From: Acidobacteriota bacterium | Lineage (GTDB): Bacteria; Acidobacteriota; Vicinamibacteria; Vicinamibacterales; 2-12-FULL-66-21 | Assembly: GCA_046735335.1 (NCBI GenBank) | Contig: JBKPTE010000038.1 | Coordinates: 6,707 to 70,706 of the forward strand | Direction: 5' to 3' | Length of the DNA: 64,000 nt | Shown: in pieces, positions 1 to 9,981 of the stretch | How the letters are laid out: the number at the start of each line of letters is the position of its first letter | Numbering within the stretch: the first letter of the stretch is position 1 | Position numbers and translations under genes: made by a program | Notes under the pieces: model-generated | Database searches by the model: none | Seen by the model: the letters and a program-made list of their open reading frames with translations, nothing else | Told to the model about the DNA's origin: nothing

Positions 1-65
1 CGCGGACGGCGCGGACCAACACGGAGTAGTTGTTGTAACGCGCAACTTCAGTTAACGGGGGCAGC

Positions 66-1817
66 ATGACGATCGCAGCAACCAGCACAAAGGGCGGCGC
101 GTGGCTCGTCGACGAGACGGCACCGGCTGCCGTGATGACGCGCGATCGATTGACCGACGAACAGCGCCTGATCAGCGAGACTGCCGAGGCGTTCGTCGAC
201 AATGAAGTCGCCCCTGCGCTCGAGAGGCTCGAAGGAAAAGACTGGGATCTCGCAAGAGCGCTGCTGCGCCGCTGCGCGGACCTTGGCCTGCTCGCAACCG
301 ACGTTCCCGAAGCCTATGGCGGCATCGAAGTCGACAAGGTCTCCTCCGTCATCGTCGGAGAGGCGATGGGACGGTGCGCTTCGTTTGCGACGGCGTACGG
401 CGCGCAAACGGGCCTCGCGATCACGCCCCTGCTCTGCTTCGGCACCGAAGAGCAGAAGCGGAAGTACCTGCCGCGCCTCGTCAACGGAGAGATCGTGGGC
501 GCCTACGCGCTGAGCGAATCGGGATCGGGATCCGATGCGCTCGGGGCGAAGGCGAAGGCCGTCCGCGAGGCGGACGGCTCGTTCGTGCTCAACGGCGAGA
601 AGATGTGGATCACGAACGGCGGGTTTGCGGATCTCTTCATCGTGTTCGCGAAGGTGGACGGCAGCGAGTTCAGCGCCTTTCTCGTCGAGCGATCCTTGCC
701 CGGCGTGTCGACTGGAAAGGAAGAGCACAAGCTCGGGCTGCTCGGCTCGTCGACGACGCCGCTCCTCCTGCACGACGCGCGGGTGCCCGCGGAGAACCTC
801 CTCGGGGAGATTGGCAAGGGGCACAAGATCGCGTTCAACACGCTCAATTACGGACGTCTGAAGCTCGGCGCGATGTGCAGCGGCGGCGGGCGGCTCGCCA
901 TCGGCGAAGCGGTGCGCTACGCGTCGGAGCGCAAGCAGTTTGGAAAGCCAATCGCGGCGTTCGGCGCGATAAAGCAGAAGCTGGGCGAGATGATCGCGCG
1001 GCAGCATGCTGTCGAATCGATGCTGTACCGGACGGCTGGCCTCATCGACGACAGGCTTCAGGGAAGCCACGCGTCCGCGGATCTCCTCGCAGCGCTCGAA
1101 GAGTTCGCGATCGAATCGTCCATCCTCAAAGTCGCGAGCAGCGAGACGATCGACTACATCCTCGACGAGAACCTGCAGATCCACGGCGGCAACGGGTTCG
1201 TGAAGGACTACCCTGCGGAGCGTCACTACCGTGACGCGCGGGTCAACCGGATCTTCGAGGGCACGAACGAGATCAATCGCATGCTCATTCCGGGCATGCT
1301 CGTGAGGCGCGCGGTGAAGGGCGGGCCGCCGATCATTGCCGCGGCGAAACGCCTGATGGACGAATTGCTCGCACCGCCTGCGCTGACGCCGCCGGCCGAC
1401 GCGCCGCTCGAAGCGGAAGTGCGCACGGTGCAGGCGATGAAGAAGATCGGCCTGATGGTCGTCGGCACCGCGCTGCAGACCTACGGTGAGCGGCTTGCCG
1501 ACCAGCAGGAGGTGCTCCTCGCCGCGGCCGACATCCTGATCGACATCTACGGCTCCGAAAGCGCGCTGCTGCGTGCACTTTCGGCGTCAGCGGCTCAGCC
1601 GCTCCACGCGGCGGCGGCGCAGGTCTCCGTCAACGACGCGGCCGGACGCGTAGAGCAGGCAGCCAGGACAGCGCTCGCGGGCATGGCCGAGGGAGATTCG
1701 CTGCGAACGCTCCTCGCGGCGCTGCGGCGTCTGCTGAAGCCGGTGCCGATCAATACGATCGCGCTGCGCCGGACGCTGGCGGATGCGGCCGTCGAGGGGC
1801 GGAAGTATCCATTTTGA
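66..1817 (+). CDS. acyl-CoA dehydrogenase (long ~580 aa form)
   Basis: 583-aa ORF with an ATG start. ACAD-type motifs are present (YALSESGSGSDA, MWITNGG, QIHGGNGF, RIFEGTNEI). Confidence 0.9.
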   Translation: MTIAATSTKGGAWLVDETAPAAVMTRDRLTDEQRLISETAEAFVDNEVAPALERLEGKDWDLARALLRRCADLGLLATDVPEAYGGIEVDKVSSVIVGEAMGRCASFATAYGAQTGLAITPLLCFGTEEQKRKYLPRLVNGEIVGAYALSESGSGSDALGAKAKAVREADGSFVLNGEKMWITNGGFADLFIVFAKVDGSEFSAFLVERSLPGVSTGKEEHKLGLLGSSTTPLLLHDARVPAENLLGEIGKGHKIAFNTLNYGRLKLGAMCSGGGRLAIGEAVRYASERKQFGKPIAAFGAIKQKLGEMIARQHAVESMLYRTAGLIDDRLQGSHASADLLAALEEFAIESSILKVASSETIDYILDENLQIHGGNGFVKDYPAERHYRDARVNRIFEGTNEINRMLIPGMLVRRAVKGGPPIIAAAKRLMDELLAPPALTPPADAPLEAEVRTVQAMKKIGLMVVGTALQTYGERLADQQEVLLAAADILIDIYGSESALLRALSASAAQPLHAAAAQVSVNDAAGRVEQAARTALAGMAEGDSLRTLLAALRRLLKPVPINTIALRRTLADAAVEGRKYPF

Positions 1818-1910
1818 TCCTCGCAACTGAGGTTGCGCGCGACGGGCAGTTGCGCGGCGACGAGAAACGATCCCCGAAATCGCGGCGTATAATCAAAGGT
1901 TCTACCCGCC

Positions 1911-4900
1911 GTGTGGATTGTCCGCATTGCTCTGACCCGGCCGTACACGTTCGTCGTGCTGGCTGTCGCGATCCTGTTTCTGGGCCCGATCGCGATTGCC
2001 AGGACGCCGACGGACATCTTCCCGAACATCGACATACCCGTCGTCACGGTCGTCTGGAACTACGGCGGCCTCTCCGCGGACGAGCTGTCCTACCGGATCA
2101 TCAACAACTTCGAACGCGGCATGACGACGACCGTCAACGACATCGAGCACATCGAGTCGCAGACGCTGCGCAGCACGTCGGTCGTCAAGGTGTTCTTCCA
2201 ACCGGGTGCGAAGGTCGAGGCGGCAATCGCGCAGATCACCGCCATCGGGCAGGCAGGCCTCCGGCAGATGCCGCCGGGCACGACGCCGCCGTTCATCATC
2301 GCGTATAACGCCTCGAGCGTTCCGATCCTTCAGCTCGCGCTTTCCGGCCGCGGTCTCTCCGAGCAGCAGCTCTACGACCTCGGGACGAACTTCATCCGCA
2401 CGCAGCTCGCCACGGTTCAGGGCGCATCGATCCCGCTGCCCTACGGCGGCAAGCAGCCGCAGATCCAGGTGGACCTCGACCCCGTGGCGCTCCAGTCGAA
2501 GGGACTCTCGCCGAGCGACGTCGTCAGCGCGATCAGCGTCCAGAACCTGATCCTGCCGGGAGGGACGTCGAAGATCGGCGACCTCGAGTACGACGTCCGG
2601 CTGCAAGGCAGCCCGGAGCGCGTCGAAGAGCTGAACGATCTGCCCATCAAGAGCGTCGGCGGCACGCCGATCTACATCCGCGACGTCGCCCACGTCCGCA
2701 ACGGCTATCCGCCGCAGACGAACATCGTCCGCGTGAACGGCCAGCGCGCGGCGCTCCTCACGATCATGAAGACCGGGCAGGCCTCCACGCTGGACATCAT
2801 CCGGCGCGTCAAGGAGACGCTGCCACGGATTGCCGCGGGTCTCCCCCCGGAGCTCGAGATCAAGCCGCTCGCGGATCAGTCGCTCTTCGTCAGCGCCGCA
2901 ATCCAGGGCGTCATTCGAGAGGCGGTGATCGCGGCGTGCCTCACCGCGCTCATGATTCTGACCTTCCTCGGGAGCTGGCGGAGCACGGTCATCATCGCCG
3001 TCTCGATTCCCCTCTCGATTCTGACGTCGATCATCGTGCTGAGCGCGCTCGGCGAAACGATCAACATCATGACGCTCGGCGGCCTCGCCCTTGCCGTCGG
3101 CATCCTGGTGGACGATGCGACGGTGGCGATCGAGAACATCAACTGGCACCTGGAGCAGGGGAAGGACCTGGAGCCCGCGATTCTCGACGGCGCCGATCAA
3201 ATCGCGGTACCGGCATTCGTCTCGACGCTGTGCATCTGCATCGTGTTCGTCCCGATGTTCTTCCTGAGCGGCGTCGCACGGTACCTGTTCGTGCCGATGG
3301 CGGAAGCGGTCGTGTTCGCGATGCTCGCCTCGTACGTGCTCTCGCGAACGCTCGTGCCGACGATGGCGAAGTACCTGTTGAAGGCGCACGAGCCGCACTA
3401 CGCGCCGCGGAACATCCTCGGCCGCCTGCAGGAGTCAATCGACAACGGCTTCGTCCGGGTGCGCGAGGCGTACAGGAACACTCTGGATCGGTGCCTGACC
3501 CGGCGCGCCCTGTTCGGCTCGGGCTTTCTTGCGGCGTGCGTGGCTTCGTTGTTCCTGCTGCCGTGGGTCGGGCAGGACTTCTTTCCTTCGGTCGACAGCG
3601 GCCAATTCAAGCTGCACCTCCGGGCGCCGACCGGAACGCGGATCGAGCAGACCGCGGTTCTCTGCGATCAGGTCGAGCAGGCGATTCGCGACCTGATCCC
3701 GGCGAGCGAAATCGCGAACCTCATCGACAACATCGGGCTGCCGTACAGCGGAATCAATCTCTCGTACACGAACTCCGCGCCTGTCGGACCGCAGGACGCC
3801 GACATCCTCGTCTCGCTCTCGCACGATCATCGGCCGACGGCCGACTACATCCACGACCTCCGGCTGGCGCTGCTCGACCGGTTTCCCGGCGTGCAGTTCT
3901 CGTTCATCCCATCCGACATCGTCAGCCAGATTCTGAGCTTCGGGCTCCCGGCGCCGATCGACGTGCAGGTCGTCGGGCGCAACATCGAGGCGAATCGCCG
4001 GTTCGCGTCCGCGCTGCGCGCCAGGATGGCGGACGTGCCCGGGATCGTCGATCTGCGCGTGCACCAGGTCGCGAACCAGCCGGCGCTGGAGCTCGACGTG
4101 GATCGCACGCGCGCCGCGCAGGCCGGCTTCACGCAGCGCGACATCGCGAACAACCTGCTCATCTCGCTCAGCGGAAGCGGACAGACGTCGCCGACGTTCT
4201 GGCTGAATCCGGCGACGGGCGTGAGCTACATCATCGCGACGCAGACGCCGCAGTACCGGATGGACTCGCTCCAGGACTTGCGCAACATCCAGGTCACTGG
4301 GCCGGCGTCGGACTCGGGGCCGCAGCTCCTCGAGAGCTTCGCGTCGATTCGACGCGAGGCTGGGATGGCAGTCGTCTCGCATTACGACGTCCAGCCGGTC
4401 GTAGACATTTACGGCTCCGTGCAGCGGCGCGATCTCGGCGGCGTCGCATCCGAGCTGAGGCCCATTCTCGACGAAGCGCGAAAGGAGCTGCCGCGCGGTT
4501 CGCAACTGGTCGTGCGCGGCACGATCGACACGATGCGGACGTCGTTCTTCGGGCTGCTCGCCGGCCTGACGCTCGCGATCGTGCTCGTGTATCTCCTCAT
4601 TGTCGTGAACTTCCAGTCCTGGCTCGACCCGTTCATCATCATTTCCGCCCTGCCCGCCGCGCTGGCGGGGATCGTGTGGATCCTGTTCGTCTCGCACACG
4701 ACGATCAGCGTCCCAGCGCTCACCGGCGCGATAATGTGCATGGGCGTGGCAACCGCAAACAGCATTCTCGTCGTGAGCTTCGCGAAGGACGAGCTGGCCA
4801 GGGGACGGCCGGCCGTCGACGCCGCGCTCGACGCGGGCTTCAGCCGCTTCCGTCCGGTCCTCATGACCGCGCTCGCGATGATCATCGGCATGATTCCCAT

Positions 4901-5054
4901 GGCGCTGGGCTGGGGCGAGGGCGCCGAACAGAACGCGCCGCTCGGCCGAGCCGTGATCGGCGGCCTGACGCTCGCGACCATCGCCACGCTCTTCTTCGTT
5001 CCTGTCGTGTTCGCGCTGCTCCACGGGCGGAACCGTTCGGAGATCGCTCAGTGA
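1911..5054 (+). CDS. RND (AcrB/HAE1-type) efflux permease
   Basis: 1047 aa with the typical RND N-terminus (IALTRPYTFVVLAV) and 12-TM/large-loop architecture. GTG start; TATAAT at 1888-1893 upstream. Confidence 0.93.
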   Translation: MWIVRIALTRPYTFVVLAVAILFLGPIAIARTPTDIFPNIDIPVVTVVWNYGGLSADELSYRIINNFERGMTTTVNDIEHIESQTLRSTSVVKVFFQPGAKVEAAIAQITAIGQAGLRQMPPGTTPPFIIAYNASSVPILQLALSGRGLSEQQLYDLGTNFIRTQLATVQGASIPLPYGGKQPQIQVDLDPVALQSKGLSPSDVVSAISVQNLILPGGTSKIGDLEYDVRLQGSPERVEELNDLPIKSVGGTPIYIRDVAHVRNGYPPQTNIVRVNGQRAALLTIMKTGQASTLDIIRRVKETLPRIAAGLPPELEIKPLADQSLFVSAAIQGVIREAVIAACLTALMILTFLGSWRSTVIIAVSIPLSILTSIIVLSALGETINIMTLGGLALAVGILVDDATVAIENINWHLEQGKDLEPAILDGADQIAVPAFVSTLCICIVFVPMFFLSGVARYLFVPMAEAVVFAMLASYVLSRTLVPTMAKYLLKAHEPHYAPRNILGRLQESIDNGFVRVREAYRNTLDRCLTRRALFGSGFLAACVASLFLLPWVGQDFFPSVDSGQFKLHLRAPTGTRIEQTAVLCDQVEQAIRDLIPASEIANLIDNIGLPYSGINLSYTNSAPVGPQDADILVSLSHDHRPTADYIHDLRLALLDRFPGVQFSFIPSDIVSQILSFGLPAPIDVQVVGRNIEANRRFASALRARMADVPGIVDLRVHQVANQPALELDVDRTRAAQAGFTQRDIANNLLISLSGSGQTSPTFWLNPATGVSYIIATQTPQYRMDSLQDLRNIQVTGPASDSGPQLLESFASIRREAGMAVVSHYDVQPVVDIYGSVQRRDLGGVASELRPILDEARKELPRGSQLVVRGTIDTMRTSFFGLLAGLTLAIVLVYLLIVVNFQSWLDPFIIISALPAALAGIVWILFVSHTTISVPALTGAIMCMGVATANSILVVSFAKDELARGRPAVDAALDAGFSRFRPVLMTALAMIIGMIPMALGWGEGAEQNAPLGRAVIGGLTLATIATLFFVPVVFALLHGRNRSEIAQ

Positions 5055-6214
5055 CCGCGCCGTCTCGCGGCCGCCGCTCGTCGGGCCCCATCCTCGCCGT
5101 GATCATCGTGCTGGCCGTCGCAGCCGTCGCGGCGGTCTGGGGCATTACGAGCCGATCGCGCGCGCTTGCCGCGCTCTCGCGCGAGACGCGCGACATGTCG
5201 GTGCCGACCGTTTCAATCACGCATCCCGAGAGGGGGGCCGCGCAGGAGGATCTCTCGCTTCCGGGCAACATCCAGCCGTACACGGATGCCGCGATCTTCG
5301 CGCGGACCACCGGGTATCTGAAGGCGAGGCATGCGGACATCGGCTCGCGGGTCAAGGCCGGACAACTGCTCGCGGAGATCGATACCCCGGAGATCGATCA
5401 GCAGCTCCTGCAGGCACGCGCAGACCTGGCAACGGCTCAAGCGAACACGCGCCTCGCGCTCACGACCGCGGAGCGCTACCGCGATCTGATCAGGAGCGAA
5501 TCCGTCTCGCAGCAGGACCTCGACAACGCGAACGGGAACTACGAGGCCAAGCGAGCCGCCGAGCAGTCGGCGGCGGCTAACGTAAAGCGCCTCGAGCAGC
5601 TTCAATCGTTCAAGAAGATCTACGCGCCGTTCGACGGAGTGGTCACGGCGCGGAATACCGACATCGGTGCGTTGATCGGTTCGCAGGCGAACGCGAAGGA
5701 ACTGTTTCACATCGCGTCGACGGGCAGGCTGCGCGTGTTCGTCAACGTTCCGCAGATCTACTCGCGTGCCGTGCAGCCCGGCCTCGACGCAGAGGTCGAG
5801 CTGAAGGAGCTGCCGGGCAAGCAGTTCAAGGGGACGCTCACGCGCACCGCGCAGTCGATCGATCCGTCCACCCGGACGCTGCTGTGCGAAGTGGACCTGC
5901 CGAACCCGGCGGGCGAGCTGCTGCCGGGGTCGTATGGGGAGGTCCACCTGAAGCTTCCGGCGCAGGCGAGCACCTTTCGCCTGCCGGTGAACACGTTGAT
6001 CTTTCGCGCGGAAGGCGTGCGCGTGGCGCTCGTGAACGACCGCCGCGTCGCGTTGGCACCGGTCACGCTCGGGCGCGATTTCGGCAGCACCGTCGAGATC
6101 GTATTGGGCCTCACCGGCGGCGAAACCGTCGTCGTCAATCCTCCGGACTCGCTCACATCGGGACAGGTGGTCCGGGTGGCTCCCGAAGCCGGCGGCCGCG
6201 GAGCGCAGCCGTGA
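5051..6214 (+). CDS. RND efflux periplasmic adaptor (membrane fusion protein)
   Basis: Only the 3' 387 codons of frame 2936..6214 look real. GTG 5051 overlaps the pump stop (GTGA). Has a TM anchor (ILAVIIVLAVAAVAAV) and HlyD-like lipoyl/coiled-coil motifs (GQLLAEIDTPEIDQQL). Confidence 0.88.
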   Translation: MTAPSRGRRSSGPILAVIIVLAVAAVAAVWGITSRSRALAALSRETRDMSVPTVSITHPERGAAQEDLSLPGNIQPYTDAAIFARTTGYLKARHADIGSRVKAGQLLAEIDTPEIDQQLLQARADLATAQANTRLALTTAERYRDLIRSESVSQQDLDNANGNYEAKRAAEQSAAANVKRLEQLQSFKKIYAPFDGVVTARNTDIGALIGSQANAKELFHIASTGRLRVFVNVPQIYSRAVQPGLDAEVELKELPGKQFKGTLTRTAQSIDPSTRTLLCEVDLPNPAGELLPGSYGEVHLKLPAQASTFRLPVNTLIFRAEGVRVALVNDRRVALAPVTLGRDFGSTVEIVLGLTGGETVVVNPPDSLTSGQVVRVAPEAGGRGAQP

Positions 6215-7641
6215 AGACGGCTGCGTCACTCTTTCTTCTTTTCTCCGGCCTGATGAACGCCGGCTGCGGTGCAGCGAGGCAATACGAAAGGCCCGCGCCG
6301 CCCGAACCGCCGGCCGCGTTCAAGGAGAACTGGCAGCCGGCACGTCCGGCAGATCAGGCTCTCCGCGGCGCGTGGTGGGACGCCTTTCAGGATCCACAGC
6401 TCAGCGCGCTCGAGACGCAGATCGAGGTGTCGAACGAGACGCTACGCGCGCAGCAGGCGCGCTTCGAACAGGCGCGCGCGGCAATCGGGATCCGCCGCGC
6501 GGATCGGTATCCGCAGGTCTCGTCGTCGCCCTCGATCTCTGGAGGAGAAGCGTCGGGCAATCGTCAGAACGCCACGTCGCACCAGTCGTCGCCCAGCTTC
6601 GTGCTCCCCGTCGACGTCGCCTACGAGGCGGACGCCTGGGGCCGTATCCGCGCGAACATCGAGTCCGCGCGCGCCGGCGCGCAGGCAAGCGCGGCGGATC
6701 TGGAGTTCGTCCGGCTGTCGCTGCACACGGAGCTCGCGCTCGATTACTTCGAGCTGAGAGGGCTCGATGCGGAGAAGGCGACGCTCGATGCCGCCGTGGG
6801 CGCATTCGAGCGCGCGCTCGATCTGACGCGGAGCCGATTCACCGGCGGCATCGCATCGCAGGCAGACGTCGCGCAGGCAGAGACGCAACTCGAGAGCACT
6901 CGGGCGCAAGCCGTGGATCTGGGCGTCCGGCGCGCAGCGCTGGAGCATGCCATCGCCGTCCTGATCGGGAGGCCCGCGGCGTCCTTTTCGCTGCAGGGCG
7001 CGCCGCTCTCTCTGCTGCCCCCCGACATTCCTCCTGGCCTCCCGTCGGAGCTGCTCGAACGCCGGCCCGATATCGCCGGAGCCGAGCGGCGCGTCGCGTC
7101 GGCGAACGCCGACGTCGGCGTCGCGAACGCGGCCTTCTTCCCGCGTCTGTTCCTGACGGCGAGCGCGGGGTTCGAGAGCACGTCGCTGCGATCGTGGCTC
7201 ACGGGCCTGAGCACGTTCTGGTCAGCAGGTCCCGCCGCGGCGCAGACCCTGTTCGACGCGGGACGGCGTCGGGCGGTAAAGGCGCAGGCACAGGCAGCCT
7301 ACGATGCGAGCGTCGCCGACTACCGGAACACGATTCTCACAGCCTTTCAGGAGGTCGAAGACAACCTGGCGGCGCTGCGGCTGCTTCAACAGGAGGCGGA
7401 GATTCAGGCCGCGGCCGTCGCCGCTGCGGATCGATCGCTGACGCTTGCCACCAACCGCTATCGCGGCGGCGTCGCGAGCTACCTCGAAGTGATCACCGCG
7501 CAGAGCGCGTCGCTTGCGAGCCAGCGGACGGCCGTCCAGATCCTGTCGCGGCGGCTCGCCGCAAGCGTGCTGCTCATGAAGGCGCTCGGAGGCGGATGGA
7601 ACGCTGCCGCGCTGCCGGCGCTCAGGACGGAGGCGCGCTGA
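6211..7641 (+). CDS. efflux outer-membrane factor lipoprotein (NodT family)
   Basis: GTG 6211 overlaps the adaptor stop (GTGA). Lipobox LMNAGC. Two OEP/TolC-like repeats (WWDAFQDPQL...; ASYLEVITAQ...). Confidence 0.88.
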   Translation: MKTAASLFLLFSGLMNAGCGAARQYERPAPPEPPAAFKENWQPARPADQALRGAWWDAFQDPQLSALETQIEVSNETLRAQQARFEQARAAIGIRRADRYPQVSSSPSISGGEASGNRQNATSHQSSPSFVLPVDVAYEADAWGRIRANIESARAGAQASAADLEFVRLSLHTELALDYFELRGLDAEKATLDAAVGAFERALDLTRSRFTGGIASQADVAQAETQLESTRAQAVDLGVRRAALEHAIAVLIGRPAASFSLQGAPLSLLPPDIPPGLPSELLERRPDIAGAERRVASANADVGVANAAFFPRLFLTASAGFESTSLRSWLTGLSTFWSAGPAAAQTLFDAGRRRAVKAQAQAAYDASVADYRNTILTAFQEVEDNLAALRLLQQEAEIQAAAVAAADRSLTLATNRYRGGVASYLEVITAQSASLASQRTAVQILSRRLAASVLLMKALGGGWNAAALPALRTEAR

Positions 7642-7644
7642 CTC

Positions 7645-8253
7645 ATGCTGCGTCGCGTGCTGCCATGGTTCGCGAGCGCTGTGCTGCTCACGACTCTCTC
7701 GTGCACCAAGCCGCCCGTTCCCTATGCCGATCAAATCAACGCATGGCACGCCGAGAAAGATCGGTTCATGCGCGAGTCGTCGGAGTCTCCGGTTCTCCCC
7801 GAGAAGCGCGCCAACTTTCCGCCCCTGACGTACTTTCCAACCGACTCCTCCTATCGCGTCCCCGCGCAGCTGACGGTCGTCGAGGGAGGCCCGCCGATCG
7901 ACATGCTGACGTCGACCGGACAGCTGCGGAAGATGCGGCGCGTCGGCGTCCTCGCGTTCACGCTCACGGGGCAGCCGCTCACGCTCGGGGCGTTCGTGGA
8001 GGCCGACGAGACGGACATGCGGCGGCTGTTCGTGCCGTTCGGGGACCTCACGAACGGCACCGAAACGTACCCCGGCGGGCGCTACCTCGATCTCGATCGC
8101 ACCGCCACCGGCATCTACGATCTCGACTTCAACCGCGCCTATCACCCGTTCTGTTTCTTCAACAGCAAGTACGACTGCCCCTATCCGCCCGCCGAGAACC
8201 GGCTCAAGGTGCCCATCCGCGCCGGCGAGCGCCTTCCGGTGCCGAACCGGTGA
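7645..8253 (+). CDS. DUF1684 domain lipoprotein
   Basis: 202 aa with signal/lipobox LLTTLSC. The C-terminal motif YHPFCFFNSKYDCPYPPAENRL is typical of DUF1684. Starts 3 nt after the OMF stop. Confidence 0.75.
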   Translation: MLRRVLPWFASAVLLTTLSCTKPPVPYADQINAWHAEKDRFMRESSESPVLPEKRANFPPLTYFPTDSSYRVPAQLTVVEGGPPIDMLTSTGQLRKMRRVGVLAFTLTGQPLTLGAFVEADETDMRRLFVPFGDLTNGTETYPGGRYLDLDRTATGIYDLDFNRAYHPFCFFNSKYDCPYPPAENRLKVPIRAGERLPVPNR

Positions 8254-8945
8254 CACGTCCCGTCAGCGCGATCGTGTTCGACTTCGACGGCGTCCTTGCG
8301 GACTCGGAGCCGATTCATCTGCGCGTCTATCAGGAACTCCTCGCGCCCGTCGGCGTCACGCTCACCAAGGAGGAGTACTGCGCGCGCTACCTCGGGTTCG
8401 ACGATGAGGGAGCGTTCCGCCAGATGGGATCGGATTTCGGCCTGCTCATGGGCGACGAAGAGATCGAGCTGCTGATGGCGGCCAAGACCGAACGCTTCCA
8501 GGAGATCGTATCGGGCACGAACGTGCTCTACCCGGACGCGAGCGCATGCGTTCGGGCGCTCGGCGGGCGATGGCCGATCGGGATCGCATCGGGCGCGCTG
8601 CGCCACGAGATCGAGCTGATGCTGAAAGGGGCGGGGCTGGGGACGGCCTTCAGGTTCATCGTTGCGGCGGGCGAGACGGAACGTACGAAGCCGGCGCCCG
8701 ATCCGTATCTGCGCGCCGCGGCGCTGCACGGCGTTCCGGCGCACGAGTGCGTCGCCATCGAGGACTCGCGATGGGGGCTGCTCTCGGCGCGCGAGGCGGG
8801 CATGCGCACGATCGCAATCACGCACACGTATCCGCGCGAGGCGCTTGCCGCCGACGCGGACGTCGTCGTCGACTCGCTGCGCGAGATCACGCCGGAGTTC
8901 GTCGCCGGGATTGCCGGGGCCCAGAAACCCGGCCTACAGGTGTAG
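8250..8945 (+). CDS. HAD-superfamily hydrolase (subfamily IA, beta-phosphoglucomutase-like)
   Basis: GTG 8250 overlaps the preceding stop (GTGA). HAD motifs I-IV are present: FDFDGVLADSE, IASGA, KPAPDPY, EDSRWG. The last codons are encoded by a REP-like half element. Confidence 0.85.
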   Translation: MTRPVSAIVFDFDGVLADSEPIHLRVYQELLAPVGVTLTKEEYCARYLGFDDEGAFRQMGSDFGLLMGDEEIELLMAAKTERFQEIVSGTNVLYPDASACVRALGGRWPIGIASGALRHEIELMLKGAGLGTAFRFIVAAGETERTKPAPDPYLRAAALHGVPAHECVAIEDSRWGLLSAREAGMRTIAITHTYPREALAADADVVVDSLREITPEFVAGIAGAQKPGLQV

Positions 8946-8952
8946 AGATCGC

Positions 8953-8976
8953 CGGGTCTGAGAGACCCGGCCTACG
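8953..8976. repeat. REP-like hairpin element (CCGGGTCT-GAG-AGACCCGG + CCTAC)
   Basis: Perfect 8-bp stem. The same family occurs at 19650-19676 and three times in 39424-39507. A half copy (CCCGGCCTACAG) at 8929-8940 lies inside the HAD 3' end. Confidence 0.8.
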
Positions 8977-9007
8977 GGTCGGATGCGTACGACGTTAGAA
9001 TGATCTC

Positions 9008-9925
9008 GTGCCTCAATCCCTGCGGGCGCGCGTTCCCCTCGTTTCGGCGGAGCTGCTGCGCGCGCTCGACGAACCAGGGCAGGCCATCGCGCCGGCGGCG
9101 CTCGCCATCGCGCGCATCGAATATCCGGCGCTGGACGCCGCGCCGTACCTTCACCGCGTCGAGCACATGGGCGAGGCGGCCGCCACGCGCCTCGAGCGGT
9201 GCACGCACGCGGCGCTCCAGCCCAGAGTCACGGCGCTGAACGCATATCTCTACGAAGAGCTCGGCTTCAGCGGCAACCGCGCGCACTACGACGACTCGCG
9301 CAACAGCTTCCTCAACGAAGTCCTCGATCGGCGAACGGGCATCCCGATCACGCTTGCACTGATCTACCTCGAGGTCGGCCGACGCGCGGGTCTGCACCTG
9401 GAGGGCGTCAACTTCCCCGGCCACTTCCTCGTGCGCGCCTGCTCCGAGCAGGAGCCCGAGGACTTGATCATCGATCCATTCCACGGGGGCGCCCTCCTGT
9501 CGGAGGTCGACTGCCGGCAGCTGCTCCGCGAGCACGTGGGTGAGGACGCGGCGTTCGATCCGTCGCTGCTGGCCACGGCCACGCGCCAGCAGATCGTCGT
9601 CAGAATGCTGGTGAACCTGAAGCGGCTGTACGTCCGGATGCGATCGTTTCCACAGGCCCGCTTCGCCGCAGATCTACTGCTTGCGGTGGACCCCTCGGCC
9701 TTCTCCGAACTGCGCGACCGCGGGCTGCTCGCCTATCACATGGAGGATTTCGCCGCGGCGCTGCGCGATCTGGAGGCCTACCTGCGCCTGATGCCCCGCG
9801 AAGACTCAGTGGAGGAAGAGGACGCTCCACCGGACGAGAACACCGAAGAAGAGGAGCCCTCGGAGTCCTCGCAGATCTGGGAGCACGTCAAAGCGCTCCG
9901 CCGGCGCGTCGCAGGATTCAACTAA
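9008..9925 (+). CDS. SirB1/transglutaminase-like plus TPR protein (UPF0162 family)
   Basis: 305 aa, GTG start. The motif block RTGIPITLALIYLEVGRRAGL...GVNFPGHFLVR is typical of SirB1-N. TPR-like C-terminus with an acidic tail. Confidence 0.75.
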   Translation: MPQSLRARVPLVSAELLRALDEPGQAIAPAALAIARIEYPALDAAPYLHRVEHMGEAAATRLERCTHAALQPRVTALNAYLYEELGFSGNRAHYDDSRNSFLNEVLDRRTGIPITLALIYLEVGRRAGLHLEGVNFPGHFLVRACSEQEPEDLIIDPFHGGALLSEVDCRQLLREHVGEDAAFDPSLLATATRQQIVVRMLVNLKRLYVRMRSFPQARFAADLLLAVDPSAFSELRDRGLLAYHMEDFAAALRDLEAYLRLMPREDSVEEEDAPPDENTEEEEPSESSQIWEHVKALRRRVAGFN

Positions 9926-9927
9926 GT

Positions 9928-9947
9928 CCGGGGGGCTTCGCCCCGCC
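9928..9947. terminator. GC hairpin (GGGGC-TTC-GCCCC core), convergent-gene terminator candidate
   Basis: 20-nt element CCGGGGGGCTTCGCCCCGCC. Its exact reverse complement recurs at 31169-31188. No U-tract. Confidence 0.45.
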
Positions 9948-9981
9948 CGCTCCCCCATCGCGCCTGTGGCGCGCCGCTGTC

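Noticed and set aside
48-1226. 392-aa minus-strand ORF antisense to the acyl-CoA dehydrogenase. Many similar long antisense or off-frame ORFs occur, for example 1902..3398 -, 3435..5024 -, 12364..13731 +, 27949..29943 -, 46259..47659 -, 47864..49327 - and 51110..52903 -.
   Set aside because: These are Arg/Ala/Pro/Gly-rich low-complexity translations, typical of stop-poor shadow frames in ~70% GC DNA. Each overlaps a gene with clear family motifs on the other strand or in another frame.
2936-5050. N-terminal 705 codons of the 1092-aa ORF 2936..6214.
   Set aside because: This is an out-of-frame read-through of the RND pump gene with Arg/Pro-rich nonsense. Only the part from GTG 5051 looks like a membrane fusion protein, and that start overlaps the pump stop codon.
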